In this document: piece by piece, positions 20,739-31,981 of the stretch
Numbering within the stretch: position 1 is the stretch's first letter
Layout: the number at the start of each line of letters is the position of its first letter
Notes under the pieces: generated by a model
What the model saw: only the letters and a program-made list of their open reading frames with translations
Databases searched by the model: none
Told to the model about the DNA's origin: nothing
IMG/VR virus record: IMGVR_UViG_3300029893_000001
Coordinates: 328,329 to 392,328 of that record
Strand: one strand, 5' to 3'
DNA: 64,000 nt
Program-made: the position numbers and the translations under genes

Positions 20739-21164
20739 TCACACTCCCATGAAGTAGCGGGCCGGCTCGCGGCCGACGATCGGCGTTACCTTGTTCCAGA
20801 ATTCAAGCGACGCGTCGTTCCATGCAGTTCCGCGCAGGACGGCAGACGGGTAATACGATCGGGCTGCCTCTACCAGGCTTCTACCTATGCTCCGTCGTCG
20901 GCTCTTTCGGTCCACATACACGCCGATGCGTGTGACGCCCCCACGAATTTGAGGCCTGCGCGCAAGAAGAATGCCATGGACGCCGCCTCGTGGTCCCTCG
21001 ACGTAAAACATCCGAATGCTCTTCTTGTCTCCGGTCTGTTTTACATGGGCTTCATGACCTGAGAAGTCACCATTTTTCAGTCGCAGACGTTGGATCGCCT
21101 TTGCTAGGCGTTCATCCTGAAGGGCGTCAGCGAGCCATAAAGACTTCACAGAAACGGCGCTCAT
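20739..21164 (-). CDS. GNAT-family acetyltransferase
   Basis: VYVDRKSRRRSIGRSLV motif A and NDASLEFW motif B. Confidence 0.75.
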   Translation of the reverse strand: MSAVSVKSLWLADALQDERLAKAIQRLRLKNGDFSGHEAHVKQTGDKKSIRMFYVEGPRGGVHGILLARRPQIRGGVTRIGVYVDRKSRRRSIGRSLVEAARSYYPSAVLRGTAWNDASLEFWNKVTPIVGREPARYFMGV

Positions 21165-21687
21165 CGCTGAATCCTCTCTGCGAACAGAAACTTGAACCCC
21201 TCCATGGGGACGAGGTTGAACTCAGATCCACAATGGTCGCACTTCACGTTGACCGCCATGCCGCCGCGGGGCCCCACCATCAACTCTCCGGTCTCACAAT
21301 CGGGACAGTGGCCCCTGCTCTTCTCAATGAAGTGCTTTTACCACTGTGTGAGCGTGCCTGATGTAGAACGCTTTTCTCTGGGGCTGTCGAGCCGACTAAT
21401 AATGTAGAACGCTTCTTTTCCGGGGCTTTCGAGCCGAACAGAGAACGAAACCACGAAACTACGTGCATACTGCTTCTCCAGACAAGTTCAGTACCAGTAC
21501 GAGAATTGAATGGCACGCTTAAAGACGTGCAGGGTGATCCGGTGCAGGGTGATCCGGAAGCACCGGTCACCCTGCCAATCCTCTGCGGGAGCTACTTGAA
21601 AGTAGAAAAGCCGATTACTCGACCAAGTACGGAACCCATTCTCTTGCCATGATTTCATGGCTGCCACTATCGGCAGGGTTCGTCACT

Positions 21688-22218
21688 CTAAAAGTCGACC
21701 TGGCTCTGCTTGAAGCTCCAAGTGAGCCAAGCGTGCATTTCATCATGGTCCCAGATCGTCTCGTCTCGGATGAAAGCCTGCCATTCTTCAGCCGTAGCCG
21801 GGCGTATAGCCCCCTTCAACTTCTCGTCGTAGTCGTCCCCCTCAAGGTTTCGAATCCATCCTCCACTGACACTGCCACTCCAGACGTAAGTGCCGTCGAG
21901 GGGATGCTCTCCTACCATCTCTTCGGCTACATCTCTGGCAATCATGCCTTCGAGGTAATAGCTAATCGCTGTTCCCTGATAGTAGAGAATGTGCGGTACT
22001 CCGAACTGGACGATCACGAGCGCTTTGCTCGGAACAAACGGCTCCTTGTTCGTGTCTTCGTTCGTGGAAGGTGCGTTATCGAGGGAGGCGAGAAGAGTTG
22101 TCCTCTTCTCCTCACGGATTTCTTCTGCGGCCCGGTCCAAATCGAATTCAAATACACCACTCATGTTGTGCTCGACACTCCTTTCCGAACGAACAACCTC
22201 CCACGTACCCCCGTTCAA
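21688..22218 (-). CDS. Acidic hypothetical protein
   Basis: Long ORF in the dominant orientation; start uncertain. Confidence 0.55.
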   Translation of the reverse strand: MNGGTWEVVRSERSVEHNMSGVFEFDLDRAAEEIREEKRTTLLASLDNAPSTNEDTNKEPFVPSKALVIVQFGVPHILYYQGTAISYYLEGMIARDVAEEMVGEHPLDGTYVWSGSVSGGWIRNLEGDDYDEKLKGAIRPATAEEWQAFIRDETIWDHDEMHAWLTWSFKQSQVDF

Positions 22219-22290
22219 GGAGTCCTAGGGAAAGGAACTTGAAAACGGCCTCGGCCTGCGGTCTAGTACCCGCCGTGGAGGGAGCCGTCC

Positions 22291-22593
22291 ATGATCAAGG
22301 CATTGAGTCTAAACGTCGTGCGAATCGAGCTGCAAGACCGAGAGGCAGACTCCGCAATCGTCTTTACAAAGGAAGGACCTGAGGCCACGTGGCGGATGAT
22401 CGGGTATCAACAGTGGTCCGACCTATCTCGGAGACAACGCACCCTCATCATGACAGACATGATGACGAGCAGTGTCTTGGCCGTGATCGGCAAGTTCGTC
22501 GACACACGCCAAGAACGCCTCACTGTGGCTGAGACGTCACTCTCTGGCGTCGCGGAGCCAGTGACAAGTCCGCAGACGGTAGCAAGAAAATGA
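22291..22593 (+). CDS. Hypothetical protein on the plus strand
   Basis: GGAGGGAG RBS; fills the gap between minus-strand genes. Confidence 0.6.
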   Translation: MIKALSLNVVRIELQDREADSAIVFTKEGPEATWRMIGYQQWSDLSRRQRTLIMTDMMTSSVLAVIGKFVDTRQERLTVAETSLSGVAEPVTSPQTVARK

Positions 22594-22630
22594 GGTACCA
22601 CTGCGGCGGACGTCTACACTAGGAGATAAC

Positions 22631-23023
22631 TCACAGCACCTTCGAGTTGCCGACCGTCGAGTGGAAGCAGTCGGCGCCGTCAGGTGGACGGGTGAGTCGG
22701 TAGCTCGGAGGCAGCCCTAGCTCCAGTCGAATCTCCGTGAGGCGGTCCGAATAGCAGTTGAACCACCAGTACACATCATTGTGGTGGAGAAAAGTTTCGT
22801 AGGAAAACTCCACCATCGTACCCTGATATTTGCCCCATGCCTCTGTTTTAGGCTTTTCTCCGCGAACGACGGTGATGTGGGGCGGGTACTTTTGGGGTCG
22901 GCAGACATAATAGGGAGGCACCAAAGACCGCAGAAAACGGTGCAGCTCTGGGTCGACAAGAACCACCAAGCGGTAGTAGTCGTCTTTCACACAATAGTCG
23001 AGGGCCCCCAAACTAAGATGCAT
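22631..23023 (-). CDS. 2H phosphoesterase family protein
   Basis: Two HxT motifs, PHITVV and FHSTVG, about 70 aa apart. Confidence 0.8.
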   Translation of the reverse strand: MHLSLGALDYCVKDDYYRLVVLVDPELHRFLRSLVPPYYVCRPQKYPPHITVVRGEKPKTEAWGKYQGTMVEFSYETFLHHNDVYWWFNCYSDRLTEIRLELGLPPSYRLTRPPDGADCFHSTVGNSKVL

Positions 23024-26000
23024 TTACTGATCATGCTCGCCAACCAGGGCGAGCAATTCCCTTGCAAGCGTACGAGTCGCTTCACGAGAAAGCTCCGAGA
23101 TTCTTCGCACCACTCCAGGCTTTCCACTAGGCTGTGTGAACATTACCTTGCCCGTGTCTTTTACGACATGGACACCGAACACTCGTTGGCGGTCGTCCTC
23201 AATCCACAGGACGTCCCCTTCTCTACGTACCTTACACATTCAAGGCCAGCCTATGTTCTACGAATTCCCAAGGAACCAGCTCGCCTGACCAGTTTAACTT
23301 TACGACGGTCTCGGGCCAACGTCTTGTTATAGCGTCGCGAGTTGGTGCCCAGCCGCGCATAAGGCAAGCCCGTACCTCTTGAAGAGATGCATCTGCGAAG
23401 ATCTGCTTTTCGTAGCTCGTGCTACGAGCGGGTAAAATAAGACGGGCCACCTGACCACCCAGGTCAACGTAGCAGGCATTTTCTTCGTCGTACCCCCAGC
23501 CGTCACCGCTGCAAGGAACAACGACAGCATTCAATCTCAGAAGCTTTTCACGACGAACGGCTTGATGATGCGCCTTTCGTGCAAGTTTATTGAGGAGTTT
23601 GCGCCTTCGTTTTGCTGCACGTTTGGTGACCTTCATGACTCAGTCTCTTCCGTGACAATCTTCTCGTGAAGATGATCGAGAGAGTCTCTGTGGAAGGCCG
23701 AGTAGGAGTCAGGAGCATCGTGCTCACTATCCCAAATCTGCACCCAATCTCGGCGCCAACCAAATTCACTTCCTTCCCCACTAAGAAGACGATAAGCCAC
23801 TTGAAACGCTTCTAGGCGGGTAGCGTGAGAAGAGTGGAAGTCCTCCATTCCTCCGCATGGATAATAGTTGTCTCCAGAGAAGACAAAGTATCTCTTTTCA
23901 GCCATTCAGCAGCGCCTTCTTGGCGTTCCTACGGTCCGGGATACGACTGCTTTCGATGTAGGCCACAGTCAGCATACCACGAAGGAAATTGACAACGTCA
24001 TTTCTGTCGGGGGAAGCAAATGTGACGCAGCCATCACTCACATCGAGACCAGGCTTGGCCACTCCAAGTTCGCCGCTCCTATCCCACCAACCTTCGGCCT
24101 CTTCGGACCATTTCACCCTGACAGGACGTGTGCCCCACAGTCCTCCGAGGTTATACCGAGTGGCATACATGATTTTGTGCTCTGGGGTACGAACTTCTTC
24201 TTCCTCTCGGGATAGTCTCATGATGCTCTCCTACCAAACCTTGAACATTAAGCCGGGTCTGTTGTTACAATTCCGGCACACATACAGTGGATCACTGGCC
24301 GGCGCTCGACAAACCATTTGTGACTTCCACGGCCGACATCGTCTCTGGCATGATCCGCATATGGTCCAGCGACGCATCGGAGTAAGCAGCAGTATCAGTA
24401 TTAGGCGACGTCTAACGCATTGAAAGAGCCGTTGAACTCGCAGTTGCCTCCGCTGCGGCTTATCCAGCAATAGAACACTGCTTCTGTATGGACTCATTTC
24501 AGATGACTCTTATTGACGCATAGTTCGTTAGCAGCACGCAGATGAGCAATAGTATGCCCCGCGTCCTCTGTTCCATCTGCTTCTACGAGGACTGGTTCCA
24601 ATGCGTCTATCAGACGTTTTCTGGATGGAAGGCGGTCGGAAACCGCCGATGTGCCCAACAAAACTGCGATAGCCGTGTCTATTTCATCGGTGCGTATCGA
24701 TCCGGCCCACACATCCAACATGGAATCTACTTCAAGGAACTTTCCATTATGGAGCAGCCGATCAATATGCTCCAGGTAGTCCAATATCGATCTACCTTTC
24801 AGGCTTTCACCCACCGACGGAACAAAACGGACCGTGGCGTTCTCCTTGCTTTGCTCCGCAGCAATGACACGGCGTAGGCTGCCACCTAAAGTGGTGGTCT
24901 TGTACTTCTGCGATGTCCGCATCGAAACATTCCTCTTGGCACAATTCTTGATGAGGACACCCGGATGTCCATGCCTTGCAAATGACGCCGGTTACGTCGT
25001 TCTCGTCTGAATCCTGGGTCATTTTCTTCTTTTGGGTGGCTTTGACCGACGATGCCATTCTCGAACGCCTAGTGTATCTTCGAAAATGAGGCGCATCTTT
25101 TGGCCCTCAACAACGGGACCACGAATGTTCAGCTCGGTCCACGTGTGGATGTAATCAGGCTCATCCTCTCCATCGGGATGGAACTGGGCACAGCCGATGA
25201 GGTGGTACCGGCCCTCCCAATCTCTCCAATATGAATCTGTCCAATAAGTCAACCACCCCATACGCTCTGTGAGTGGACAGAAGGCACGAACGCGCGTTTT
25301 GGTTGCCATGGGTCAATTACTATCGCGAGGGTTCGCTGCCATGCGGTGACGCTGTGGCAGGGCTATGCTCGCCGCGAGCCGACGACCCAGCAAAAGCCGA
25401 TGCTGAGGTCGCTAGTTGCCATTGCAACTCGAATCGCGAAACGCTCGAATTCCTCGTCTTCTGCTGTGGTCATACGGCCACCAGCGAGATAGACTTGATT
25501 TCAGGGGAAAACATTTTGCCGTCTTTCCTCACCAAAATGCACTTGTAGCTCCCTGATTCATCGCCGGCTCTCAACAAGGCCTCGTCGAGAGCCCTGATGG
25601 TCGCCTTCAGCGTCTTGCGATGTGTCTCCGGCTCAAACCAAAATCCGGGATCCCAACTGGCGCCCGGATACCAAGAGGAAAACAGGATGTATTCTGCCCG
25701 TCCCCAGTTTGCATGTATGGGGCATTGTTCTGAGGCCATGACCCGTTGTTGATCGCTGATGAGCCCACAGGAGTGGAGCAGTGCTATTGCCTGTTCTTTG
25801 GTCATTCGCCGAGTCCTAGTTTAATGCCCAGGTGCTGCTCAACCGCCCCAAAGTAGTTAATTGGAGCGATAGTGAAATCCTCGACAGTAAGGCGACGACC
25901 GAGTCTGCTTTCCAGACACAGGAAATGAAGGTACCCTTCGCGCTCAGGACCTCGGGTGACGGATTCCCAGAGCGAGTCGAAGACCATGTACATTTCCTCG

Positions 26001-28869
26001 CACTCTAACCCGCAGTGAAGACAAAGCCTCAAGTACCAACGAGGCCTTCCCTGCTCGTCCTCACCCACGCCGAGCATCCAAGGCTTCACTACACGAATCT
26101 TTTGCACGTTCAGTTCACCTGCTCTGGAATGCACCAGTCAGCGTGGTAGTCACACCCGGAGCAAGTCACCTTGTGCCAGTCGCCTTCGACGGAAGTTACG
26201 CCACCTTGATACGCGTCGAGCTTCTTGATGAGAGCGCCGCCACAGTCGGGGCATTCTCCGCGGATAACCTTGCGACGCTCTTCATATAGACTAGCGAGGA
26301 TTTCTTCTCGCGTCATGCCGTCATTGTTGCTCATAAGAAAACGAATTCTCCACTCACAAGTGTGCCGGTGTGAGTCTCTCCGTTCAGGACCCGAACCAAG
26401 CGCCCTTGGGCATCAACGTGGTACCGCGGGATATCAGGCGAGAGGTCCAACGTGACACCGGATTTTGCTAGCGCAGGCGCCGCACGCTTCAGCGCTTCAT
26501 GGCTATCGCGAAAGCTCTTCTCTGTTTGGGAAGAGGTTACCTCTTCAACCAATTGGATCGAAATCAAACGGGGTTCGAAATACAAGCCCAAGTTTCCCCA
26601 ATCAAAATCGTCCCACCAAGGAAAATCGTCGTCTCCCTTGGTATAGATGGCTGCCTTGTTGGGATCGCGAGTTGGAGATCCGCTAGGCGTGACCATGTCT
26701 CCGAGCTTGTACGTTCTGGAGCCAAGGCCTACCGTGCTGCCTTTTACTCGGGTGCGACACACCACAACGTAGCGTTGGCCACGTTTTAGTTTCTTGATGT
26801 GCATTAGGTTGTTACCTGGACAACGAGCCATATGATTCCAGCCGATACTCCAATCATGGCAGCTGAAATGGTGAGATAGACAGCCAGGTGCCACACGTTG
26901 CGGCTTCCTGTTTTGTCCAGCAACCAATCGTAGAGGCTCATCGTCGCTTCTCCTGGATGTTGAGCTTGAACTTGATTGTCACGGGAATGTAGTCCCGAAA
27001 TACCTTTTCAAGTTGATCGACAATCCTGGCCTCGTCCCTGAGGTCCGAAAAGTAACTCGTGTGAACGATGACTGAGATTTCATCGTGCATGTCATTACAA
27101 ATGGACACTCCCCTGACACCAGGAACTGACAATGCCAAACTCTCAATGTCACGCACAGAGTTACTGAACGGAATCTTGTTCTGAAGTTGCGACACCAAAC
27201 GCGGCAAGCTGACCGCGAAGCGGGCGGCGCAATCAGGTGCCTCGACAGGCTCAATCGTCCCGCCGATACGCTCGACAACATTGAGACGGGCTGCAGTCTC
27301 GCTGTTGAGGAGAAGGTCAAGGTCCGACTTCTGCTTATTGAAGTACCCTAACGCGTCTTCTTCAATTTCTCGAAGACTTGGGCCTCTCCAGCTCCTAGTG
27401 TCTCTCAGACGCTCGTTTCTTACGTACACGAGCCATTCAGAGTCGTCTCGACACTCGTAGCAGGTTATAGTCCAGTTTCCTAGCTTACCTTTGAAATGGG
27501 AAGAAGCTCCGGAGGCCGAGGTAGAGTGCCTCTGACACTCTACCCCAAGGAATGTAATACTGGACTCTGTCTTCCTCACGCTGGAACGTACCCCTGCGAC
27601 CGAATACGGTCTGCTGTACGTAGGTCCGTTCACACAGCCCTCGATAGTACCATTCCGCTTGAGTCTAAGCCTTAGCTCAATGCTATTGGTAATAGGCTCT
27701 CGCGTAATAGTGGCAAAGTCATGACCATCTAAGAATCTACCAAACAGGGTAATCCTACCATCCCACGGGCTGGCAGCTATTCCTACGATACAAAATTGTG
27801 CCCACTTGCCGTTCCAGCCGGGACGTTCTGCAAAGTCGCGGACCTCTGCCCGAATCGAACCCGAGGCGCACACATTGCGCATCTTGGGGCTCACACCCAC
27901 AAGACTCCACTACTTTCTTGCAGGTAGCGCATTCCGCGTAATTGTACTCTGGATGGCGCTTGAGCTGCTCAGCGTAGCGACAGTTGGGGTTCGAGCAGTC
28001 GGCACTCTCCATCAATCCTGTGTACCCGCACGGACTTCCACAGGCGACGCACGTGTTCTTGTATTCCATCGCTACCTCTCTAATCCATTTGAGAAACCTT
28101 CTCAATGATCTCTACGGTTCCAAGGCCCACGAAGTCGGTGCCTGCTTCATGGTCACTCCATACCCATGTCGTTCCCAAGCCAACGAATGAAGCCAAGCAG
28201 GTCCTCGAACCCGTAGCCGGCCTTTAGCGCTTCCTCACCAAGAAAGTGGCGATTGATGTACCGAGCCATCAGGGCGCTGAAGCGATCGCTGAAAATCTGT
28301 CCGGGCTTGATCTGGTGTAGCCGAATGCTCTTCAGTTCTTCTTTAACGCGAGCGCGCAAAAGCTCGTCGTGAATCCCGGAACCCACAATCCCGGAACCCA
28401 CGCACCCCTCGTAGTAGGCGTGCAAGCCAGACATTGCATCAAACAGTTCTTCTTCGGTCAAGTTGCTTATCCTATTGGAGTGGCGTTCCCCAATCCCAAC
28501 ATTATCGCTAGGGTTCACCAGCTACGGGTACCTCTTAAAACACCCATACCCCTATTTGGGGGCTAAAATGGGAAAGGGAAATTACGGCTTGGGCCGACGC
28601 CGGTGTGCGATCTGCTCGAACTCGGCGAGCCCGACGTTTTGCACCAGATGAACCAGCTCCTGGAGAGGAACGATGCGAGCCCGCCGAGCCCGGTCATGAG
28701 TCTCCCATAGCTCCACGTAAGGAACAACGGTCCCGTCCACCGTGTAGGTCACGACACGCATGTAGTGCGCACCGTCGCGTGACTTCGACAGTACCTTATG
28801 CACCCGACCGGTGAACCCAGCACGTCGCATCCTTCGGCGTTCGAGGATGATGGAGTGAGGCGTAGCCAT
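23024..28869 (-). other. Run of about 18 small, abutting hypothetical ORFs, several Cys-rich
   Basis: Abutting or overlapping minus-strand ORFs (e.g. 23232-23636, 23633-23905, 23898-24221, 24494-24922, 25019-25309, 25470-25805, 25802-26134, 26110-26334, 26938-27900, 28582-28869); no family recognised with confidence. Confidence 0.6.
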
Positions 28870-28898
28870 GACCCGACTGTTACAGAACCCTGAGGGAT

Positions 28899-29162
28899 TT
28901 ACTCCGTCGCCACTGAACTCCTATACAAGTCGATCTTGTCCTGCAGAAACAACCAGAATTCCGGCGTGGTCCCGAGTGCCTTCGACAGCCGTAGCGCGGT
29001 CAGCGGTGTGATCGACTGATGGCCGTTGACAATTCGATTCACGGTCTCTGTCGTCATACCGATATGTTTCGCCAGCTTCCTCTGCGAAATGCCTGCAGGC
29101 TCCAAGAATTCCTTTCGCAGGACTTCACCAGGTAAAGTAGGCATTCTGTTTTTAGGAGTCAT
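28899..29162 (-). CDS. higA: HigA-family antitoxin (HTH), orphan
   Basis: PTLPGEVLRKEFLEP.GISQRKLA...IVNG..SITPLTALRLSKALGTTPEFWL.LQ is the HigA consensus; no HigB adjacent. Confidence 0.9.
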   Translation of the reverse strand: MTPKNRMPTLPGEVLRKEFLEPAGISQRKLAKHIGMTTETVNRIVNGHQSITPLTALRLSKALGTTPEFWLFLQDKIDLYRSSVATE

Positions 29163-30134
29163 GTTGCTTTTCTCACAAGGGATGGCGCAGTTGGGATTAC
29201 TACAGCTCTGTTGTATCAGTTGATTGTCTTTCTGCCCGGAGCAGTTGTAGTTCGGCTAAGTCGAGTCCTGTCATTTTTGCGATGACTTCGTCACTCGGAT
29301 CCACAGAGTCGGCGAGAATTCCAACCGCACGTCGCAGTCTCTCGTTATTCGAGAGCAGCATCCTAATGAGCGCGGTGAGCGTTCTGATATCCTTATGAAC
29401 GTCTGGGTTGGTCTTTTCCCACCGCAATTCGATCGTCTGAATTGTGTTTCGTACGATATCGCTCATTAGCTCCTACCCAAAGTGTCTTGTGCATCCTCCA
29501 CGTCTTCCTCGCTCCAACCCCACACAGGGCCGAGAGCGTCGAGAAGACGATCCACCAAGGCATCGTATGTTTTGGGAGTTCCTCGGGCCTTGCTTGCCCT
29601 CCACACGTAGGAGAGCACTATCACCATGGTGTCCCCGTGAACACGTTGCGGGTCGAGGTGGCGCAAAACGTCTTCGACGAAAGCTACGTCTCCCCGAGCG
29701 AACGCACTGTCGAGGGCTTTCGTCAAATTGATCCCTGCGCGCATGGGAGCCTTAATGCTCTCTTCGGCACAGTCTGCGACAATTTGTGATGCTTCTTTGG
29801 TGTCCATGGGTTATTCCGCGAAGAAGGCGAGGGGTGCGTTCGGGTGCTTGTTGCGTTGCTTCGTACCCATACCCTTATCCCGACAGAAAATGGAAAGGGT
29901 ATTTCCGGGATCTACTAAATCATTCTGAGTGGTCTTTGAATTCATAGGCGTCTTCATAAGGGTTTTCACAGAAGTGAAAATAGATGCCCAAGCACTCGTG
30001 ACAGAGATCTTCCTTGCGGCAGGTTTCACAGACATTGATTTGATCCGCTGGAACAGCGTCCCCGCAGTTGCCGCAAACAACTTTTGTGTCTGTTTCAGAC
30101 ATACTAGTACCTCGTTTTAACCCATACCCATATT

Positions 30135-30968
30135 TCAGGTTGATTCTGGTTTTCGCCGTTGTGCAGTCCTGACACGGTGGCAGCAGGCACAGACCAGTTC
30201 ACACTTTTGGAGTTCAGCCTTGAGAGCCTTGAGCCGACCTTGGCTAGCTAGGTCAGAAATCGAATACTGCTTCTCATACTCGGGTAGGTGATCGAAGTCC
30301 ATGGCCTCCGGCGGGAACTCCCACCCACAATCGGTGCATGGATTCGCCTTGAGCTTATCCAGAAGCCTCCTGCACTTTCGAACTTTACGTTGGCGTCGAA
30401 CCTTCGAGCACTCCTTGCAGGTACGGATTTGATCGAGTCGAATCGTAAGTGTGAATTCCCTTGTGGGCTTTACTTCACCACAGTATTGACACTCACGAAG
30501 TTCTTCAGGGTCAAATCCTTTCTCCCATTCTTCAAGCTGAGATTTCCTCTGACAGAGCTTACAGTGAACAACTGCGTCCTCAAGTAGTTTCCGAAAGCTA
30601 CGAACCGAACGTTCTAATTTTGCTGTGAGTGGCACGTCCTCTAGCTTGGCTACTAGCTTCTCTTTCGCACCACAAGAGCCGCATCTCATTTTCTTGAGCG
30701 CTGCTTTCAGAAGTTGCTTATTGCGTTCTGCGTACTTGGCGTAATAAGCGGCCCGTTCTTCTGGTGCCTTCGGTACGTACGTTGACTTCTCTTCACGTGC
30801 CGCCAACAGTCGCCGACGTTCATTGACACGCTCACGATTTTCTTTGGCCCACTTCCGCGCTTTCGCCTTGCAGCATTCCTTGCAATAGCTTTGAGGCCTC
30901 TCGTTATACACGTAGAAATCGTTGAGAGGTAAGACAGCCTCACACGCGCGGCATTGCTTTGTAGACAC
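30135..30968 (-). CDS. HNH endonuclease with N-terminal Cys repeats (probable homing endonuclease)
   Basis: CTDCG...MDFDHL...ELQKCELVCACCHRVRT; N-terminal CRAC..F..YCKEC repeats. Confidence 0.8.
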   Translation of the reverse strand: MSTKQCRACEAVLPLNDFYVYNERPQSYCKECCKAKARKWAKENRERVNERRRLLAAREEKSTYVPKAPEERAAYYAKYAERNKQLLKAALKKMRCGSCGAKEKLVAKLEDVPLTAKLERSVRSFRKLLEDAVVHCKLCQRKSQLEEWEKGFDPEELRECQYCGEVKPTREFTLTIRLDQIRTCKECSKVRRQRKVRKCRRLLDKLKANPCTDCGWEFPPEAMDFDHLPEYEKQYSISDLASQGRLKALKAELQKCELVCACCHRVRTAQRRKPEST

Positions 30969-31400
30969 TAGTTTCTTCCGAGAAAGACCCTAGTACCTAT
31001 TTACAGACCCTAGCCGTCTTTTTTTTTTCTAAACTGGGAAAGGGTTTTCCGGGACCTGGGATTTCAACTTCGCTTGTCCCAGACGAAGCGATGCTCAGTC
31101 GTCTTCCACAAGCTTCCACAAGGACTCGATCGGTTTACGTTCTCCCAACGTGCAGCGATATCTCTCACCTCCCGTGCACGTGAATTCTACGTACGGTGTG
31201 TACGAGCCCCACTGCCCCACGGTCCAGCCAACCGAGTGAATCGTTTCGACCGTCACCTCTAGCTCGCCCACCTTGTACGTCTCGCCTACCTCAAGCATGC
31301 GTCAGTCTCCTACTCTCCCCGCCCCGAGCGTCGCACGAACCCACTCCCGAACTCAAGCAGTTTCTAGGAACTCAGTCCCCTACTACCCAGTTTACCGGGT

Positions 31401-31577
31401 GCCCCAAAATCCATTTTGGATTTTGGGGCGTGAAAAACCCCCGGAGGGTTTTTCACTGGTTTTTGCAAAGCAAAAACCAACGCATTTTGCCGGGTAGGCA
31501 AAATGCGAGGCCCATTTTGCTCCGGGCAAAATGGGCGGGAGGCCGTTCGCTGGATTTTCCCCGGAGGAAAATCCAGC
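31401..31577. repeat. Tandem array of six perfect palindromes (10-13 bp arms with A/T tracts)
   Basis: 31401-31429, 31430-31456, 31457-31479, 31481-31507, 31510-31536 and 31549-31577, each checked base by base. Confidence 0.95.
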
Positions 31578-31588
31578 CCTTAACGGCC

Positions 31589-31620
31589 GACTGGCCCGGG
31601 GCTTTTGCCCCGGGCCGGTC
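31589..31620 (-). terminator. GC-rich hairpin after the lipoprotein gene, followed by GGCCGTTAA
   Basis: GACTGGCCCGGGGC-TTTT-GCCCCGGGCCGGTC. Confidence 0.7.
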
Positions 31621-31876
31621 AGTGGCAGGACACCCAGAATCCGGGCCGGACCATGACGGCCCGATTGACCCGGCGGGTGACGTGCGCCCCGTACCGATTG
31701 CACGCGGCCTGCGTTTCGGCGAGGAGCGCATCCCCGCTCGACGCTTCCGAGCGGGGCGTCGAGGAATACTCGACGCGGGCCGGCGTCGTCGCGCCGCAGC
31801 CCGAGGCGAGCAGCACGATGCAGACGAGCAGGAGCGAGAAGAGGCCAGCGCCGAGAGCCTTGATTTCGTCCATCAT
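31619..31876 (-). CDS. Putative small lipoprotein
   Basis: Hydrophobic signal ending in lipobox-like LASGC; GGAGG RBS and promoter motif 31902-31917. Confidence 0.65.
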   Translation of the reverse strand: MMDEIKALGAGLFSLLLVCIVLLASGCGATTPARVEYSSTPRSEASSGDALLAETQAACNRYGAHVTRRVNRAVMVRPGFWVSCH

Positions 31877-31981
31877 TATTCGGTCCTCCCTTGTGCCGAC
31901 TAGTATCGGGTGGGTTCGCTCCTCTTAAATGGAGAAGCCCCCGGGCATCCGCCCGGGGGCTATTCCCTTGTTGCCCGGAAA

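Noticed and set aside
12006-30997. Recurring GGTACTAG (minus strand) near 12006, 22263, 30104 and 30990 as a second promoter class
   Set aside because: Only four copies, one overlapping an RBS, with no shared upstream box; insufficient support
31401-31577. Mini-CRISPR array
   Set aside because: The palindromes differ from one another and have no spacers
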